In this document: positions 8,278 through 18,576 of the stretch, one piece after another
Position numbering within the stretch: position 1 is the first letter of the stretch
Layout of the letters: each line of letters opens with the position of its first letter
Source: a candidate division WOR-3 bacterium
GTDB lineage: Bacteria > Hydrothermota > Tepidihabitantia > Tepidihabitantales > Tepidihabitantaceae
Direction of reading: 5' to 3'
NCBI GenBank assembly: GCA_965648905.1
Contig: CBFGIT010000001.1
Span: 32,001 to 96,000, forward strand
DNA: 64,000 bases
The notes under the pieces: model-generated
Told to the model about the DNA's origin: nothing
The model's input: the letters and a program-made list of their open reading frames with translations, nothing else
The model's database searches: none
Position numbers and translations under genes: made by a program

Positions 8278-11200
8278 ATGCCGAGAACCTTCTCCGCTTG
8301 GCTTGTCTGCACTGTCTGTTTTTCCTCGGCGCTCGCCTTGCCGGGCGCACGTTACCTGATAATCACCGCTGACGCTCTGGCCGGTGCGGTTCAGCCGCTG
8401 GCCGAGTGGAAGACGACAAAGGGAATGGCGGCAAGAGTCGTGCCGCTTTCCGAGGCCGGAACCACGCCCGCCGCAATCAAGGCATACATCCTCAACGCGT
8501 ATCAGAACTGGCCGGTTCGACCCGAGTTCGTGCTGCTGGTCGGCAGTCCGACCCTGGTACCAAGCTATCAGAGCTGGGATGACGGCTACTATGGGAACAT
8601 GGTCGGTAATCGGCTGGTCGAGTTGCCGGTCGGCCGTCTGCCTGCGGCGACCGCGCGCGAGTGCAGCACCATGGCCGCCAAAATCCTGGCCTATGAGAAC
8701 CCCGCACCCGGTGCTGATTCAACGTGGTATCTTAAGGGCACGACCGTGGTGCGCGAAGACGTGCCGCCTGATGCTTACTACATGGCCGACGCCCGGCTCG
8801 TGCACAACTGGTGGCTCGGTGCCGGTTACACCATGGTCGAGAGTCTGAGCAACGTCTACGGTGATTCCAGCACTGACGTCAATGCGGCCGGAAGTGAAGG
8901 TCGGGCCTTTGTGCTCTATCGCGGTCAGGCAACGGCAACCTGGTACACACCATTTCACCAGGTCACTTTTGGTAGCTGGACCAATGGCACCAAACTGCCA
9001 GTCATTGTCAGCGCGACCTGCTATACCGTGACCTTAGCACCGGGCGAGTCGTTCTACGGCGACCAGGCAGTGCGGGCCGGGACTCCGGCTGTGCCCGCGG
9101 GCGCAGTCGCATTCTTCGGCCCAAGCCGTGGTGCGAGCAGCGTGTCGCGCTACCGCAGCGCGGCCGCGCGCGGGTTCTTCCGCGCCCTGTTCGAGGAGAA
9201 CAGGTTCCGACTGGGCGACGCCTGTCTGCGCGGCAAGTTCGCGGTTGATTCGCTCTACGGCGACTCGGTCCGCTACATCGAGTGGAACCTGCTCGGCGAC
9301 CCGGAGCTGAACGTCTGGACCGGTGTACCGCGGCGACCGACTGTTGTTCACGACACGGCCGTGTCTAGAGACAGCACTGTTTTTCAGGTTGAAGTTCGGG
9401 CCTCGGGCGCACCGGTGGCCAATGCCCTGGTCTGCGTCGCCATGGACTCAACGGTCTACGAGTACGGTGAAACCGACGACGCCGGTCGGGTTCAGCTTGT
9501 CATCTGTCCGCTCCATTCCGGCAACCTGACTGTCACTGTGACCGGCCGGAACCTGAGGCCTTATCAAGGCACCTGCCGCGTGACCGGTCAGGACATTGCG
9601 TGCACCAGGGTTGTGGCGCCGGTCGGCGTGATTGACTCGGGCACGGTTGTTACTCCCGAATGTGAGCTGTTCAACGCCGGCAGCACAACAGAAACCTACC
9701 CGGTGCGGATGCGCTTTGGCGGCACGTATGACCAGACCGTGGTCGTGGTCGGACACCCGGCCGGAACGACGCGTCGGGTCCAGTTCGCGAGCTGGACCGC
9801 CCTGCGCCGGGGCACGTTTGCGGTCCGTTGCTCGTGTTCTTTGACCGGTGACCGGGACAGCACCAACAATCTCGCGGTTGACTCGGTCTCGGTCCGAGTC
9901 AGAGATGTTGGTGTCGCCGTGCTTGTTGCCCCGCGCGGCGGAGTTCTTGTCGGATTGCCAGTGGTACCGGCCTGTACGGTGCGTAACTACGGGACCAGTA
10001 CTGAAGACTACCAGGTGCGGATGACAATCGGTGCCGATTACTGCGAGTCGGTTGCAGTTGCCGGACACCCGGCCGGCACAAGCCAACTAGTCCAGTTTCC
10101 GACCTGGCTGGCCGGCCCGCCCGGCGCGCTGGCCGTGCGTTGCTCTACCGAGCTCGGGCCGGACCAGGTCAAGGCGAATGACTGGGCCACCGCCCTGATT
10201 GCGGTCGACTTCGTGGATGTGATGGTGAAGGCGGTACTGCGGCCCTTTCTCGTCGGCCGCGTCGGCCAGGTGGTCATTCCGCGTTTGCGCATCGGCAACT
10301 CCGGCGGTGCTGCCAGCGTCTGCGGCCTCAGAGTCGAGATCTATGACCCGGCCAACGTTCTGGTCTATGCTGCGGCCGACACCGGACTTGTGGTTGAACC
10401 GGCTGCGGTGCTGGAGCACGATTTTGCCCGGCCCTGGGTGCCGGCCGCAACCGGTGCCTATCGGATCGTCGCTTTCGTCAGCGCAATGGGCGATACCTGC
10501 CAGGCCAACGATACCCTGCGCTCAACCTGCACGGTTCGCACCGGCACAATCGGCTGGCAGTCCGGCCCGGCCCTTGTGTCGGGTGCCGGCCCGGTTGGTG
10601 CCGGTGGCTGGCTGGCCGGCGCCGAGGGCGACCTGCGCTTCTACGCAGCCAAGGGTAACCGCACCGCCGAGTTCTACTCCTTTGACCCAGTCAGCATTGC
10701 TTGGACCACTCGGCAGTCACTACCGGCCTTGCCGGACGGACAGCTTCCGGGAAAGGGAGCCGCCGGCTGTTCCGACGGTCAGGGCTGGGTCTATGCTGTC
10801 AAAGGCAACAATACCCTGAGCTTCTACCGATACCGGACCAGCGCCGACTCCTGGCAGACACGAGCCGACGTGCCGCTGGGTACCTACCGGAAAAAAGTCA
10901 AGGCCGGAACCGACCTGGTGTTTGCTCCTGGGCCGGACTCGTCCGGGCCCGGCTCTGTCTACCTGCTCAAAGGGCCGAAGGATGAGTTCTATCGCTACGA
11001 CCCGGGCCGCGACGCCTGGCAGACACTCGCCTCACCCCCGGCTGGCCGGGCTCCGAAGTGGAACCTCGGGTCCTGGCTGGTCTCTGACGGCGACAGCCTG
11101 ATCTACGCGCACAAGGCCAAGTACCACGACTTCTGTGTCTACAACCTGAAGAACAATACGTGGAGCAGCAAACCCTCGGGCATGCCGCTGGTCAGCCGGA

Positions 11201-11799
11201 TTACGGGCAAGAGCAAGGAATCCAAGGACGGCGGCTGCGCAACGTGGTTCGAGTCGAGCATCTATGCGCTCAAAGGCGGCAGCACCCAGGAGTTCTGGCA
11301 GTACACGCCGCGTTCCGACTCCTGGCATGAGCTTGACACCATGCCTCAGGTCGGCACAGGCGGCAAGAAGAAGAAAGTCAAGGCCGGGGCTGACATCGTC
11401 GGATTGGGTGGAGTCCTCTACGCCCTCAAGGGCAACAAGACTCTCGAGTTCTGGCAGTACGTGCCGCAGACGCTGGACGCGGTACGCTTGACGCCCGACG
11501 CCGGCGGGGTGGTAACAAACGTGATGCGTGACGCGTCTGATTTCGTGCGTCTGTCACCCAACCCGCTGCGCACCGGCTGCACGACACTGAGGCTGAGTCA
11601 ACGGCTGACCCAGTATTCCGATGGTCCGCTAGAGGTCAGTATCATTGACGTCTCCGGTCGTCTCGTTTTCCGTTCGTCATTCGCCACTCGGACTTCGTCA
11701 TTGCCTCTTGACCTGCGTGGTTTGAGCGCCGGCGTCTACGCCGTGCGTCTGTCCAGCGGCAGCAACTCGGTGACAAGGAAGCTCGTGGTCCAGCACTGA
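8278..11799 (+). CDS. peptidase C25 (gingipain-like) + CARDB repeats + Kelch-like propeller + T9SS-type CTD
   Basis: Signal peptide; YLIIT, LAEWK..KG, VGRLP, WNLLGDPEL; three DV.V..I.AP Ig-like units; YALKG..T.EFW blades; C-terminal PNP...IIDVSGR...GVY...KLVVQH. Confidence 0.9.
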   Translation: MPRTFSAWLVCTVCFSSALALPGARYLIITADALAGAVQPLAEWKTTKGMAARVVPLSEAGTTPAAIKAYILNAYQNWPVRPEFVLLVGSPTLVPSYQSWDDGYYGNMVGNRLVELPVGRLPAATARECSTMAAKILAYENPAPGADSTWYLKGTTVVREDVPPDAYYMADARLVHNWWLGAGYTMVESLSNVYGDSSTDVNAAGSEGRAFVLYRGQATATWYTPFHQVTFGSWTNGTKLPVIVSATCYTVTLAPGESFYGDQAVRAGTPAVPAGAVAFFGPSRGASSVSRYRSAAARGFFRALFEENRFRLGDACLRGKFAVDSLYGDSVRYIEWNLLGDPELNVWTGVPRRPTVVHDTAVSRDSTVFQVEVRASGAPVANALVCVAMDSTVYEYGETDDAGRVQLVICPLHSGNLTVTVTGRNLRPYQGTCRVTGQDIACTRVVAPVGVIDSGTVVTPECELFNAGSTTETYPVRMRFGGTYDQTVVVVGHPAGTTRRVQFASWTALRRGTFAVRCSCSLTGDRDSTNNLAVDSVSVRVRDVGVAVLVAPRGGVLVGLPVVPACTVRNYGTSTEDYQVRMTIGADYCESVAVAGHPAGTSQLVQFPTWLAGPPGALAVRCSTELGPDQVKANDWATALIAVDFVDVMVKAVLRPFLVGRVGQVVIPRLRIGNSGGAASVCGLRVEIYDPANVLVYAAADTGLVVEPAAVLEHDFARPWVPAATGAYRIVAFVSAMGDTCQANDTLRSTCTVRTGTIGWQSGPALVSGAGPVGAGGWLAGAEGDLRFYAAKGNRTAEFYSFDPVSIAWTTRQSLPALPDGQLPGKGAAGCSDGQGWVYAVKGNNTLSFYRYRTSADSWQTRADVPLGTYRKKVKAGTDLVFAPGPDSSGPGSVYLLKGPKDEFYRYDPGRDAWQTLASPPAGRAPKWNLGSWLVSDGDSLIYAHKAKYHDFCVYNLKNNTWSSKPSGMPLVSRITGKSKESKDGGCATWFESSIYALKGGSTQEFWQYTPRSDSWHELDTMPQVGTGGKKKKVKAGADIVGLGGVLYALKGNKTLEFWQYVPQTLDAVRLTPDAGGVVTNVMRDASDFVRLSPNPLRTGCTTLRLSQRLTQYSDGPLEVSIIDVSGRLVFRSSFATRTSSLPLDLRGLSAGVYAVRLSSGSNSVTRKLVVQH

Positions 11800-11850
11800 C
11801 CCCGGACTGCCGGTTGCTCACGCCGGACCGAGGTCAGGGCGGCGCTTCGC

Positions 11851-13569
11851 TCAGCGGGTCAGTCGGCCGAATGTGGCAGGGTCGTGTTCGAACGGCACCT
11901 GCCAGACCGCGATGTCGTTGAGCCGGGACTGGAATCGAACCGCGTTCGCCGCCCAGTCTTTGCCGACCGGACCGAACTCAGCGAGCGGACAGGAGAGCTC
12001 GGCAGTCCAGAAGTCCTTGTCCCGGTGCGTAACGACGCACCAGTTGCCGTCCCACCCGTAGTCCTTCCTGCTTTGACTTCCTTGCATGACGCAGCGGCGG
12101 TCCGCGATTGCGCCCGCGGCATTGACGAACAACTGGTAGTACTCACGGTCTGACCCGAAGCTGAGTACGAGGTTGACGTGGTCATCATCGCTCACCCGGC
12201 TGTCGCGCTCGGTGGCGGTGGTTCTGATACGGGCGGTATCTGATTCCTGACACCGGATTGCCATAAAGAGCAGACTGTCATCCGCGCCGAGCCAGACTTC
12301 GACCGGCTCGATGGCCCGGCGTGCCCCAGTTCTTGCGCCGAAGCCGCGCAGGGACGCAGGAGTCTGCCAGCAGGGGTCGTCGAGCCTGCCGTCAAGCAAA
12401 GGGCGTGCACATACCTGAATCAGCCGGGCCTCGCGCCGGACCGGCAGGCAGGCGCTCAGTTCGGTTCGCCTCCCCGGCAGGTACTCAAACGGCATGGTGT
12501 ACCAAGGGAGCGGGTAGGTAATGTCCGACCCGGGCAGGCTGAGCAGAAATGATTGGCTGAGACTGGCGTGGGGTGCCAGAGCAAAGCCCATCCGGCCAGG
12601 AAGGACCTTCCAGGCGCTCGCTGAGTCGTGCCAGACAAACTCGCCCGATGCATGCGCTGCCGTCAAGTTGCGAAGCGTTACCTGCGCGGATGTCGACAGG
12701 CGGTCAGCCTCGGGCACACTCAGACGCTCGATCGTCACAACCTCGCGCCGGGCCTGGTCTAGTGCCTGAACTGCTTCCCATGTCACGACGCTTGCTGGGA
12801 GTGGTGCGTAGCGGCCCGGCTCGCGCACCGTGATGGTCACGGTGTCACCGTTGATGCGGCACCAGAGGTAGTTCTGGAACCCACCCTGTTCCCGATTGTC
12901 GAATCGCTTGGTGCGGCTGCCGGACGGCCCGACCTGGATGTATCGGATGCTGTCCTGAGTGTGGGTGCAGTAGAAATGGTCGTGGCCGGTGAAGACGTAG
13001 TCAACACCGTAGCGCAAGAACAAGTCATGCATCGCGTCAGGTTGTCCGGTCTCAAGCGCATGTCGCCACCAGGGCCGGTGCATCAGGACGAACGTGTGCC
13101 GGCTGCGGCGGGCCCGGGCAAGCTCGGATTCAAGCCCGCGCAGCTCAGAACCGGGCATGGATTCAAATGCGGGCCAGCGGCTGTTGTCAACAACGACGAA
13201 GCTGGCGTTACCGAGGCGAATGGTTCGCCGCCGCGGCCCGACCCGTCGAGCAAAGACCGTCTCGCTCGCCGCATCAAAGATGTCGTGGTTGCCCGGGCAG
13301 GCGTAGAACGGCACCCCGACCGAGCGGACCAGACCAAGCACCGAATCCCACTCCTGATTGAGCGCAACCCCATCCTTGGTGTAGCCTTCAATCAGGTCTC
13401 CAACGCTGAGAACGAAGTCCGGGCCAAGCAGTTTGACCTCGTCGAGTATCTGAGCAAAAACCCTGGGCCGGGCACTGCCGGTTCGGTCGCCGAGCACGGC
13501 AAAGGTGAGTGGAGCTGCAGCGAGGGACCAGCCGCAGGTCAATAGGAGCAGTGCGCTGCGTTTGGGCAC
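11851..13569 (-). CDS. secreted calcineurin-like metallophosphoesterase with C-terminal CBM9/DOMON-like domain
   Basis: GDRTG, VGDLIEG, PGNHD, MHRP, FTGHDH; C-terminal 'PLLDGRLDDPCW...WTAELSCP'. Confidence 0.85.
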   Translation of the reverse strand: MPKRSALLLLTCGWSLAAAPLTFAVLGDRTGSARPRVFAQILDEVKLLGPDFVLSVGDLIEGYTKDGVALNQEWDSVLGLVRSVGVPFYACPGNHDIFDAASETVFARRVGPRRRTIRLGNASFVVVDNSRWPAFESMPGSELRGLESELARARRSRHTFVLMHRPWWRHALETGQPDAMHDLFLRYGVDYVFTGHDHFYCTHTQDSIRYIQVGPSGSRTKRFDNREQGGFQNYLWCRINGDTVTITVREPGRYAPLPASVVTWEAVQALDQARREVVTIERLSVPEADRLSTSAQVTLRNLTAAHASGEFVWHDSASAWKVLPGRMGFALAPHASLSQSFLLSLPGSDITYPLPWYTMPFEYLPGRRTELSACLPVRREARLIQVCARPLLDGRLDDPCWQTPASLRGFGARTGARRAIEPVEVWLGADDSLLFMAIRCQESDTARIRTTATERDSRVSDDDHVNLVLSFGSDREYYQLFVNAAGAIADRRCVMQGSQSRKDYGWDGNWCVVTHRDKDFWTAELSCPLAEFGPVGKDWAANAVRFQSRLNDIAVWQVPFEHDPATFGRLTR

Positions 13570-13575
13570 AGGCGG

Positions 13576-14220
13576 TCAGGGGACGATGACATGCACGGTG
13601 CGGGACACAGACCAGTCGCCGAAACCGTGCGCCTCGTCTCGTACCCGCACCCGGACCTGATATGCACCCGGTTCGCGCCAGACATGGACTGCCCGACAAA
13701 TTGCGCCCGAGGCATAGCCGGCCGCAACATAGGTCTCGCCATCACCCCAGTCGAACTCATAGGTGACAAGGTCGGATTCAGGGTCAGTGACCGTGGCTGA
13801 GTACTCGGTGATTGTGTCAAGAAACGTCGTGTCCGGGCCGAGCACACGCCCGGGCGTGCCCGGAGCGGAATTGATGACCGTGACGGTCAGTGCTTCAGAC
13901 CAGTCTGAGAGCCGGCCCGTGTTGTCGAGCGCCCGGGCACGCACTGGAAAGCAGCCCGTGTCAGCCCAGGCGTGGTCGAACCAGACCGTGTCGCCCGAGC
14001 GTACTGCCGGGCCGGTATCCACCGTGCCGTCACCCCAATGGCAGAGATACTGCACCCGCTCCGGTCTCTCGCTTTGCCCCGTGATTCGAAACCGGCCCAG
14101 TGCCCGCTGACCCAGGGTGTCGGGCCCGACCGGCCGGTAAGGCATGCTCGGCAGCCTGGTCTGGCAAGAGGGCAGGAGCGCTGCCCAGATGAGCAGCGCT
14201 CCTGCAACTAGCTGACGCAA
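13576..14220 (-). CDS. lipoprotein with two PKD-like domains
   Basis: Lipobox LPSC; two WGDG...H.W...G.Y units. Confidence 0.8.
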   Translation of the reverse strand: MRQLVAGALLIWAALLPSCQTRLPSMPYRPVGPDTLGQRALGRFRITGQSERPERVQYLCHWGDGTVDTGPAVRSGDTVWFDHAWADTGCFPVRARALDNTGRLSDWSEALTVTVINSAPGTPGRVLGPDTTFLDTITEYSATVTDPESDLVTYEFDWGDGETYVAAGYASGAICRAVHVWREPGAYQVRVRVRDEAHGFGDWSVSRTVHVIVP

Positions 14221-14232
14221 GCGAACCCGCGC

Positions 14233-16380
14233 CTAGCGCCGGCCTCCGTACTTGCCGGTATGGCGGACGTCGTGCCGGAACATCGGCCACGGGGTCGTTG
14301 CCAGACCTTGGTTGAGTCGGCCGGCAATCGCAAAGATGCCGGATGAGGCCGAGATGTAGATGATACCGTACTGGTCAACCATTGCCGACGGTTGGCCGTC
14401 AAAACCCAGCCGCCGCGGTTGCGGGGTCTTACCGTTCCGGCGCATCATCGCAGGAACAACCAGGTCGAGCGCCCAGCGCTGGGTACCATCGGAGTTGATG
14501 GCCCGCAGGGTGTCGGCGTCGTCGGCCACGTAGAAGACGCCGTCGAGGCAAAGGCACGGCGTCGAGCTGATTGACCAACTGCTGATTGTCGCCGGCCAGC
14601 CGGGCACGGTGTCGTGCGTTGCCGGGTCAATCCGGTACAGCCTGCCGTCGTCCGCGGCAAAGTAGACGTGACCATCGGTGCCGAAGATGGGTGAAGATGA
14701 AATCGGGGTGCGCGGGCTGGGTGGATTCCACGGAATCTCAAAGCTCCAGAGAACCTGGCCATCCTTGATGGCGTGCAACCGTCCGGCCTCGGTTCCGACA
14801 TAGATGGTGCCGTCGGTCCAGACCGCGGGCGAGGAAACGACCCCGGCCGAATCGCCGGTCCAGACAGTCCAGTTCTCATCGCCGTTCGCCGTGAACGAAT
14901 AGACATAGCCCGAGTCGTCACAGACGACGATGTTGCCCGAGGGGTCCATGACCGGCGAGGAGATAAGCTCGCTGCGCAGGGTCTTGCTCCACGGCTCGGT
15001 CCAGCTCGAACCGTTGTCAATCACCTTGTGGAGCTTCTTGTCTTCACCGCCGAAGTAGACCGCATTGCCGTCAACCAAGGGCGAGGTCGCAACGTCGTCG
15101 CCGGTCAGGGCCGTGGCCGGCCAGTGCCAGATGGTGTCTCCGGCCGGGCCAAAGGCATAAAGCGCGCCGTCGCCGCAGCCGGCGTAGAACCGACCGTTGG
15201 CACCGACCGCGGGCGAGGAGCTGAACGCATCCGGGTCGGCCGTGGTCCACTCGTTGAGCAGCTCGGACTGGTAGGCATCGAAGAAGTACATCTTGCCTTC
15301 GTCGCTGCCGCAGACTATGCCCGGCCAGGTGCCGCCGTGGGCGTTGAGGGTAGTCAATGCCGGCGAGGCGAAGAACGCATCGTCCAGGGCCCAGATAATC
15401 TGGCCTTCATCAACGATGATGAGCGTATCGACCGCCGGGTTCTGAACCGCGGCGCCGAGTTGGTCGACCGCCCGCACCCGGTACTCATACGCGCCCGGCG
15501 CGCCGGTCGGCAGCCACTGCGCAACCGCGTAGGCACCCGATGCGGTAAGCGGCGAGACGACCGAGTCGCCGGTCGGGAAGTAGAACGTGTAGCGGATGCT
15601 GTCACCCTGCAGGTCGGTTGCCTGGGCGTAGAACCGGTAGGTCGGGCCGTTGGCGATGCCGCGGCGCGGATTGGCGCTGCGGACGAACCCGAGGTTAATC
15701 GGCGGAGTGTTCACCGCGTCGATGTAGATGCTCTCCGGTTCAGACCAGGCCGACGTATCGCCGGCCGGGTCGATCGCCATACAATAGACCTTCTTGCTGC
15801 CCCGTATGCTGTAGCGTATGGAATCGCGGGCTTCGGCGCCGCTGCGCACCAGCCGGGTGGTAGTAACCATCCCATCACCCCAGTAGAACTTGATGCGCAC
15901 CGAGTCGCCATCCGGGTCGGTCGCCGAGGCCCGGGCATAGACCAGCGAGTCGATCCAGAACTTGCCGCTCAGCGCCGGCTTGGTCGGCCGGTTCGGCGGT
16001 TCGTTCACGCCCGGCGTGGTATCGCCGACCACGCGCACCGTGCACGGGTCAGACCAGTCCGCCGACCAGTTGCCCTTGGCGTCCTTGGCTTTGACGCGAA
16101 TGGCGTAGTAGCCGGCTTCAGTCCAGGCGTGGGTCTTGCTCATTGTGTCGCCGGACTTGATGAGGTCGCTCGTATCAAACGAGCCGTCTTTCCAGTCGAA
16201 CACGTAGAGAATGTCATCCTTGTTCGGGTCGGTCGTCACCGACTTGTAGGTGGCGCTGTCGTCAACCTGAACAAGCACCGGCCCAATTGGCTTGGCCGGA
16301 ATGCGAGGCGGCTTGTTCTTGCAACCGGTGAGTGCAACCAGGGCCACAAGGACAAGCACGACGGCAAGGCTTCTGCGCAT
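14233..16380 (-). CDS. lipoprotein with PKD-like repeats and PQQ-like beta-propeller
   Basis: SD GGAGG, ATG 16380, lipobox LTGC; FDWKDG/FYWGDG; repeated SSPA...G.IY.G..DG.L.A; C-terminal WPMFRHD..HTG. Confidence 0.88.
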   Translation of the reverse strand: MRRSLAVVLVLVALVALTGCKNKPPRIPAKPIGPVLVQVDDSATYKSVTTDPNKDDILYVFDWKDGSFDTSDLIKSGDTMSKTHAWTEAGYYAIRVKAKDAKGNWSADWSDPCTVRVVGDTTPGVNEPPNRPTKPALSGKFWIDSLVYARASATDPDGDSVRIKFYWGDGMVTTTRLVRSGAEARDSIRYSIRGSKKVYCMAIDPAGDTSAWSEPESIYIDAVNTPPINLGFVRSANPRRGIANGPTYRFYAQATDLQGDSIRYTFYFPTGDSVVSPLTASGAYAVAQWLPTGAPGAYEYRVRAVDQLGAAVQNPAVDTLIIVDEGQIIWALDDAFFASPALTTLNAHGGTWPGIVCGSDEGKMYFFDAYQSELLNEWTTADPDAFSSSPAVGANGRFYAGCGDGALYAFGPAGDTIWHWPATALTGDDVATSPLVDGNAVYFGGEDKKLHKVIDNGSSWTEPWSKTLRSELISSPVMDPSGNIVVCDDSGYVYSFTANGDENWTVWTGDSAGVVSSPAVWTDGTIYVGTEAGRLHAIKDGQVLWSFEIPWNPPSPRTPISSSPIFGTDGHVYFAADDGRLYRIDPATHDTVPGWPATISSWSISSTPCLCLDGVFYVADDADTLRAINSDGTQRWALDLVVPAMMRRNGKTPQPRRLGFDGQPSAMVDQYGIIYISASSGIFAIAGRLNQGLATTPWPMFRHDVRHTGKYGGRR

Positions 16381-16469
16381 ACGTCCTCCAGATTTGATGC
16401 TTACAGGTGCCAATTTGATATAGAACATACCCAATCGTCCACCGGAGTCAATAGCGACCGAGGCCCGGA

Positions 16470-17093
16470 TTACGGGGCTACCAGCTCAACGCTCTCAATC
16501 CGCTCCCACACCCGGCCGTCACGGGTGCGCGTGCGTCGGTGTTCCCACCTGACCGGACCGCGCTCAGGCGCGAACCAGATAGAACCGGGCCAGGCTTCTT
16601 CCGCGGTGTGAACTAGGACTCTGAGGCAGTCGGCGAACCTGCCGGCCGGGACCAAAACGGTCTGGCGGCCCACGACCTCGAAAAGCTGCTCGCGCCGGGC
16701 GTTGCCGAACCATGCCCGACCCGACCGGGGCCGCGCCGCCAAGAGCAGAATCCAGTCCGCATCGGCCGAGCCGAAGTCGGTGACAAGCCAGGGCAGGAGC
16801 AGGAAGACACCGGCCGGACGTCGCTGGAAGAAAAGAGTGTAGAGCTGGGTCGGGCCGCGACTGATTTCCATGACAAAGTAGTGGCCGAGCTGCTGCTCGT
16901 TTCGTTCCGCGACAATCTGTGCTGCACCAGGCAAACGTGAGACCTCGACCGTCTCACCATCGGCGACCTCGCAGGCCCGGAACAGCAGCTCCCAGTGCGA
17001 GTTGCGGGTGAGCGGGAAGTAGTCAGGCTGCCGGCAACCAGGGCCCGTGAGCACGACCGAAAACAGGACGGCCAGACGAGCACCGCAACTCAC
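16470..17093 (-). CDS. hypothetical lipoprotein
   Basis: Lipobox-like GPGC then DYFPL; 'VPAGRFADCL...WFAP..G.V' tail; TTGACT-17-TAGGCT lies 6 nt upstream. Confidence 0.7.
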   Translation of the reverse strand: MSCGARLAVLFSVVLTGPGCRQPDYFPLTRNSHWELLFRACEVADGETVEVSRLPGAAQIVAERNEQQLGHYFVMEISRGPTQLYTLFFQRRPAGVFLLLPWLVTDFGSADADWILLLAARPRSGRAWFGNARREQLFEVVGRQTVLVPAGRFADCLRVLVHTAEEAWPGSIWFAPERGPVRWEHRRTRTRDGRVWERIESVELVAP

Positions 17094-17188
17094 AGACAGA
17101 GCCTAAGCCGCCGCGGTACAGGAGTCAACACCGCCGGAAGCAACGCAAGTGTTCCTTGACTTGGCCCGGGCCGCGGGTTGAATTAGAC

Positions 17189-18568
17189 ATGCGTGTGCTC
17201 GGCTGCCTGGCTCTGGTGGTGTCAGTCGCGTTGAGCGACTTCGAACCCGATTGCCAGATCGATAGCGGCCTGGTCAGTGCCTTCAGTGCCGCGGCTGACC
17301 CAGCCGGCAAGGTCTGGGTCGCGGTTGCCCGTGATAACGGCGAGGTGCGTTTGCTGCGGTCCGCGGACTACTGCCGGACCTGGGATAATGTCTTCCAAGT
17401 TCAGTTCGATTCAGGAGTGGGTCAGCTCCAGGTCCTCCCGGTATTTGGCGAGTCGAGTTTCATCCATGTGTTTGTGCTCAGCCGACAGGGTTCGGGCGAC
17501 CTCTGGCTCTGGCGCGTCCGGCCTGACGATTCGGACTGGGAATTGCTGCCGCTGGCGGTTGGTCCGGACACGGTCGATGACTTCTCGACAACTGCGGACA
17601 AGGACAGCTTCTACTACTTGTACTGTCTCTACGCCAACGAACATCGCACTGGTCAGACCGGCCGATTCGTCCGTTCCACTGATTTCGGCCGGACCTGGGG
17701 CATGGCGACCGACTGGTGGAACTGCTGGGACCCATACATCAGCCATACCCGAGGTTCGACCATCCACTGCGTCTGGCGCTACGCCTTGACCGGAACCGAG
17801 ATTCACTATCAGTCGAACCGGCACTACGGTGCTGCCCGTTACTGGTCGCCCAGGCGCGTGCTGTCGAGCGGTCACGACCGATGCTGGGACCCGGTTGTGG
17901 TTCAGGCCGATACTACCGACGAGTGGGATGCAACCGTCTGGGCGTTCTACACGGTAGGGCGGCGCGACACAAGTCACACCGACATCGGCTACGCAAGAAG
18001 CTGGAACTGCGGCTGGGACTGGACCCCCGGCCGTTCTTTCAGTGACCCCTACCGGGACGAGAGCCCGGCCGATGCAGCGATGGGGCTCGCCGGTGCTCGT
18101 GGTTTCGCGAGCCTGCTCTACGCCTTCGGCGGCGACCGCTACGGTGACACGGTCGTCCTCTGCCGCCGCGTATCCTGCGCTCTCCATCCGACCGTGTGGT
18201 CGGCACCGGTTCAGGTAAGTCAGATACCGGTGGCTCGAGGCCCGGCGTCAGTCAAAGCGCAACTGGTCCACTGCCCAGGAGCACCCGACCCGCTTCCGGT
18301 TGTGTTCTACTGCGGACAGAGTCAGGATGGCCCGCGCGGCGTCTACTGCTCGGCCCCGTGGCTCGAGCGCATGCCGGACCAGTCCGGACGCAGCCCGACT
18401 GCCCTCGGGCGTCGGTCGCCGGTGCTGTCCGGCCGAGTATACGATGTCAACGGCAGACTGGTCGGCCGCGTCCTGCCCGGCGCGCGGCAGTGCGCTCCGG
18501 TGCTGCGGCCGGGTGTCTACATTGTGCAGGACAACACCAGCCGTTCCCGGCTGACAATCGTGCACTGA
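17189..18568 (+). CDS. secreted Asp-box/sialidase-like propeller protein with short CTD
   Basis: Asp-boxes RSADYCRTW, RSTDFGRTW, RSWNCGWDW; tail 'VYDVNGRLV...PGVYIV'; signal peptide from ATG 17189. Confidence 0.78.
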   Translation: MRVLGCLALVVSVALSDFEPDCQIDSGLVSAFSAAADPAGKVWVAVARDNGEVRLLRSADYCRTWDNVFQVQFDSGVGQLQVLPVFGESSFIHVFVLSRQGSGDLWLWRVRPDDSDWELLPLAVGPDTVDDFSTTADKDSFYYLYCLYANEHRTGQTGRFVRSTDFGRTWGMATDWWNCWDPYISHTRGSTIHCVWRYALTGTEIHYQSNRHYGAARYWSPRRVLSSGHDRCWDPVVVQADTTDEWDATVWAFYTVGRRDTSHTDIGYARSWNCGWDWTPGRSFSDPYRDESPADAAMGLAGARGFASLLYAFGGDRYGDTVVLCRRVSCALHPTVWSAPVQVSQIPVARGPASVKAQLVHCPGAPDPLPVVFYCGQSQDGPRGVYCSAPWLERMPDQSGRSPTALGRRSPVLSGRVYDVNGRLVGRVLPGARQCAPVLRPGVYIVQDNTSRSRLTIVH

Positions 18569-18576
18569 ACCAGACG

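Noticed and set aside
13569..13578. PKD lipoprotein TGA followed in frame by the phosphoesterase gene (possible read-through)
   Set aside because: The downstream gene has its own start and signal peptide, there is no G-TGA-G-T context, and the upstream protein looks complete.
14220..14235. TAG followed in frame by the next lipoprotein gene
   Set aside because: The downstream ORF has its own lipoprotein signal, so this is ordinary operon spacing.
14773..16611. Long antisense ORFs (612 aa here, 617 aa at 52034-53887 and others)
   Set aside because: These are shadow ORFs opposite well-supported genes, expected at high GC with strong codon bias.
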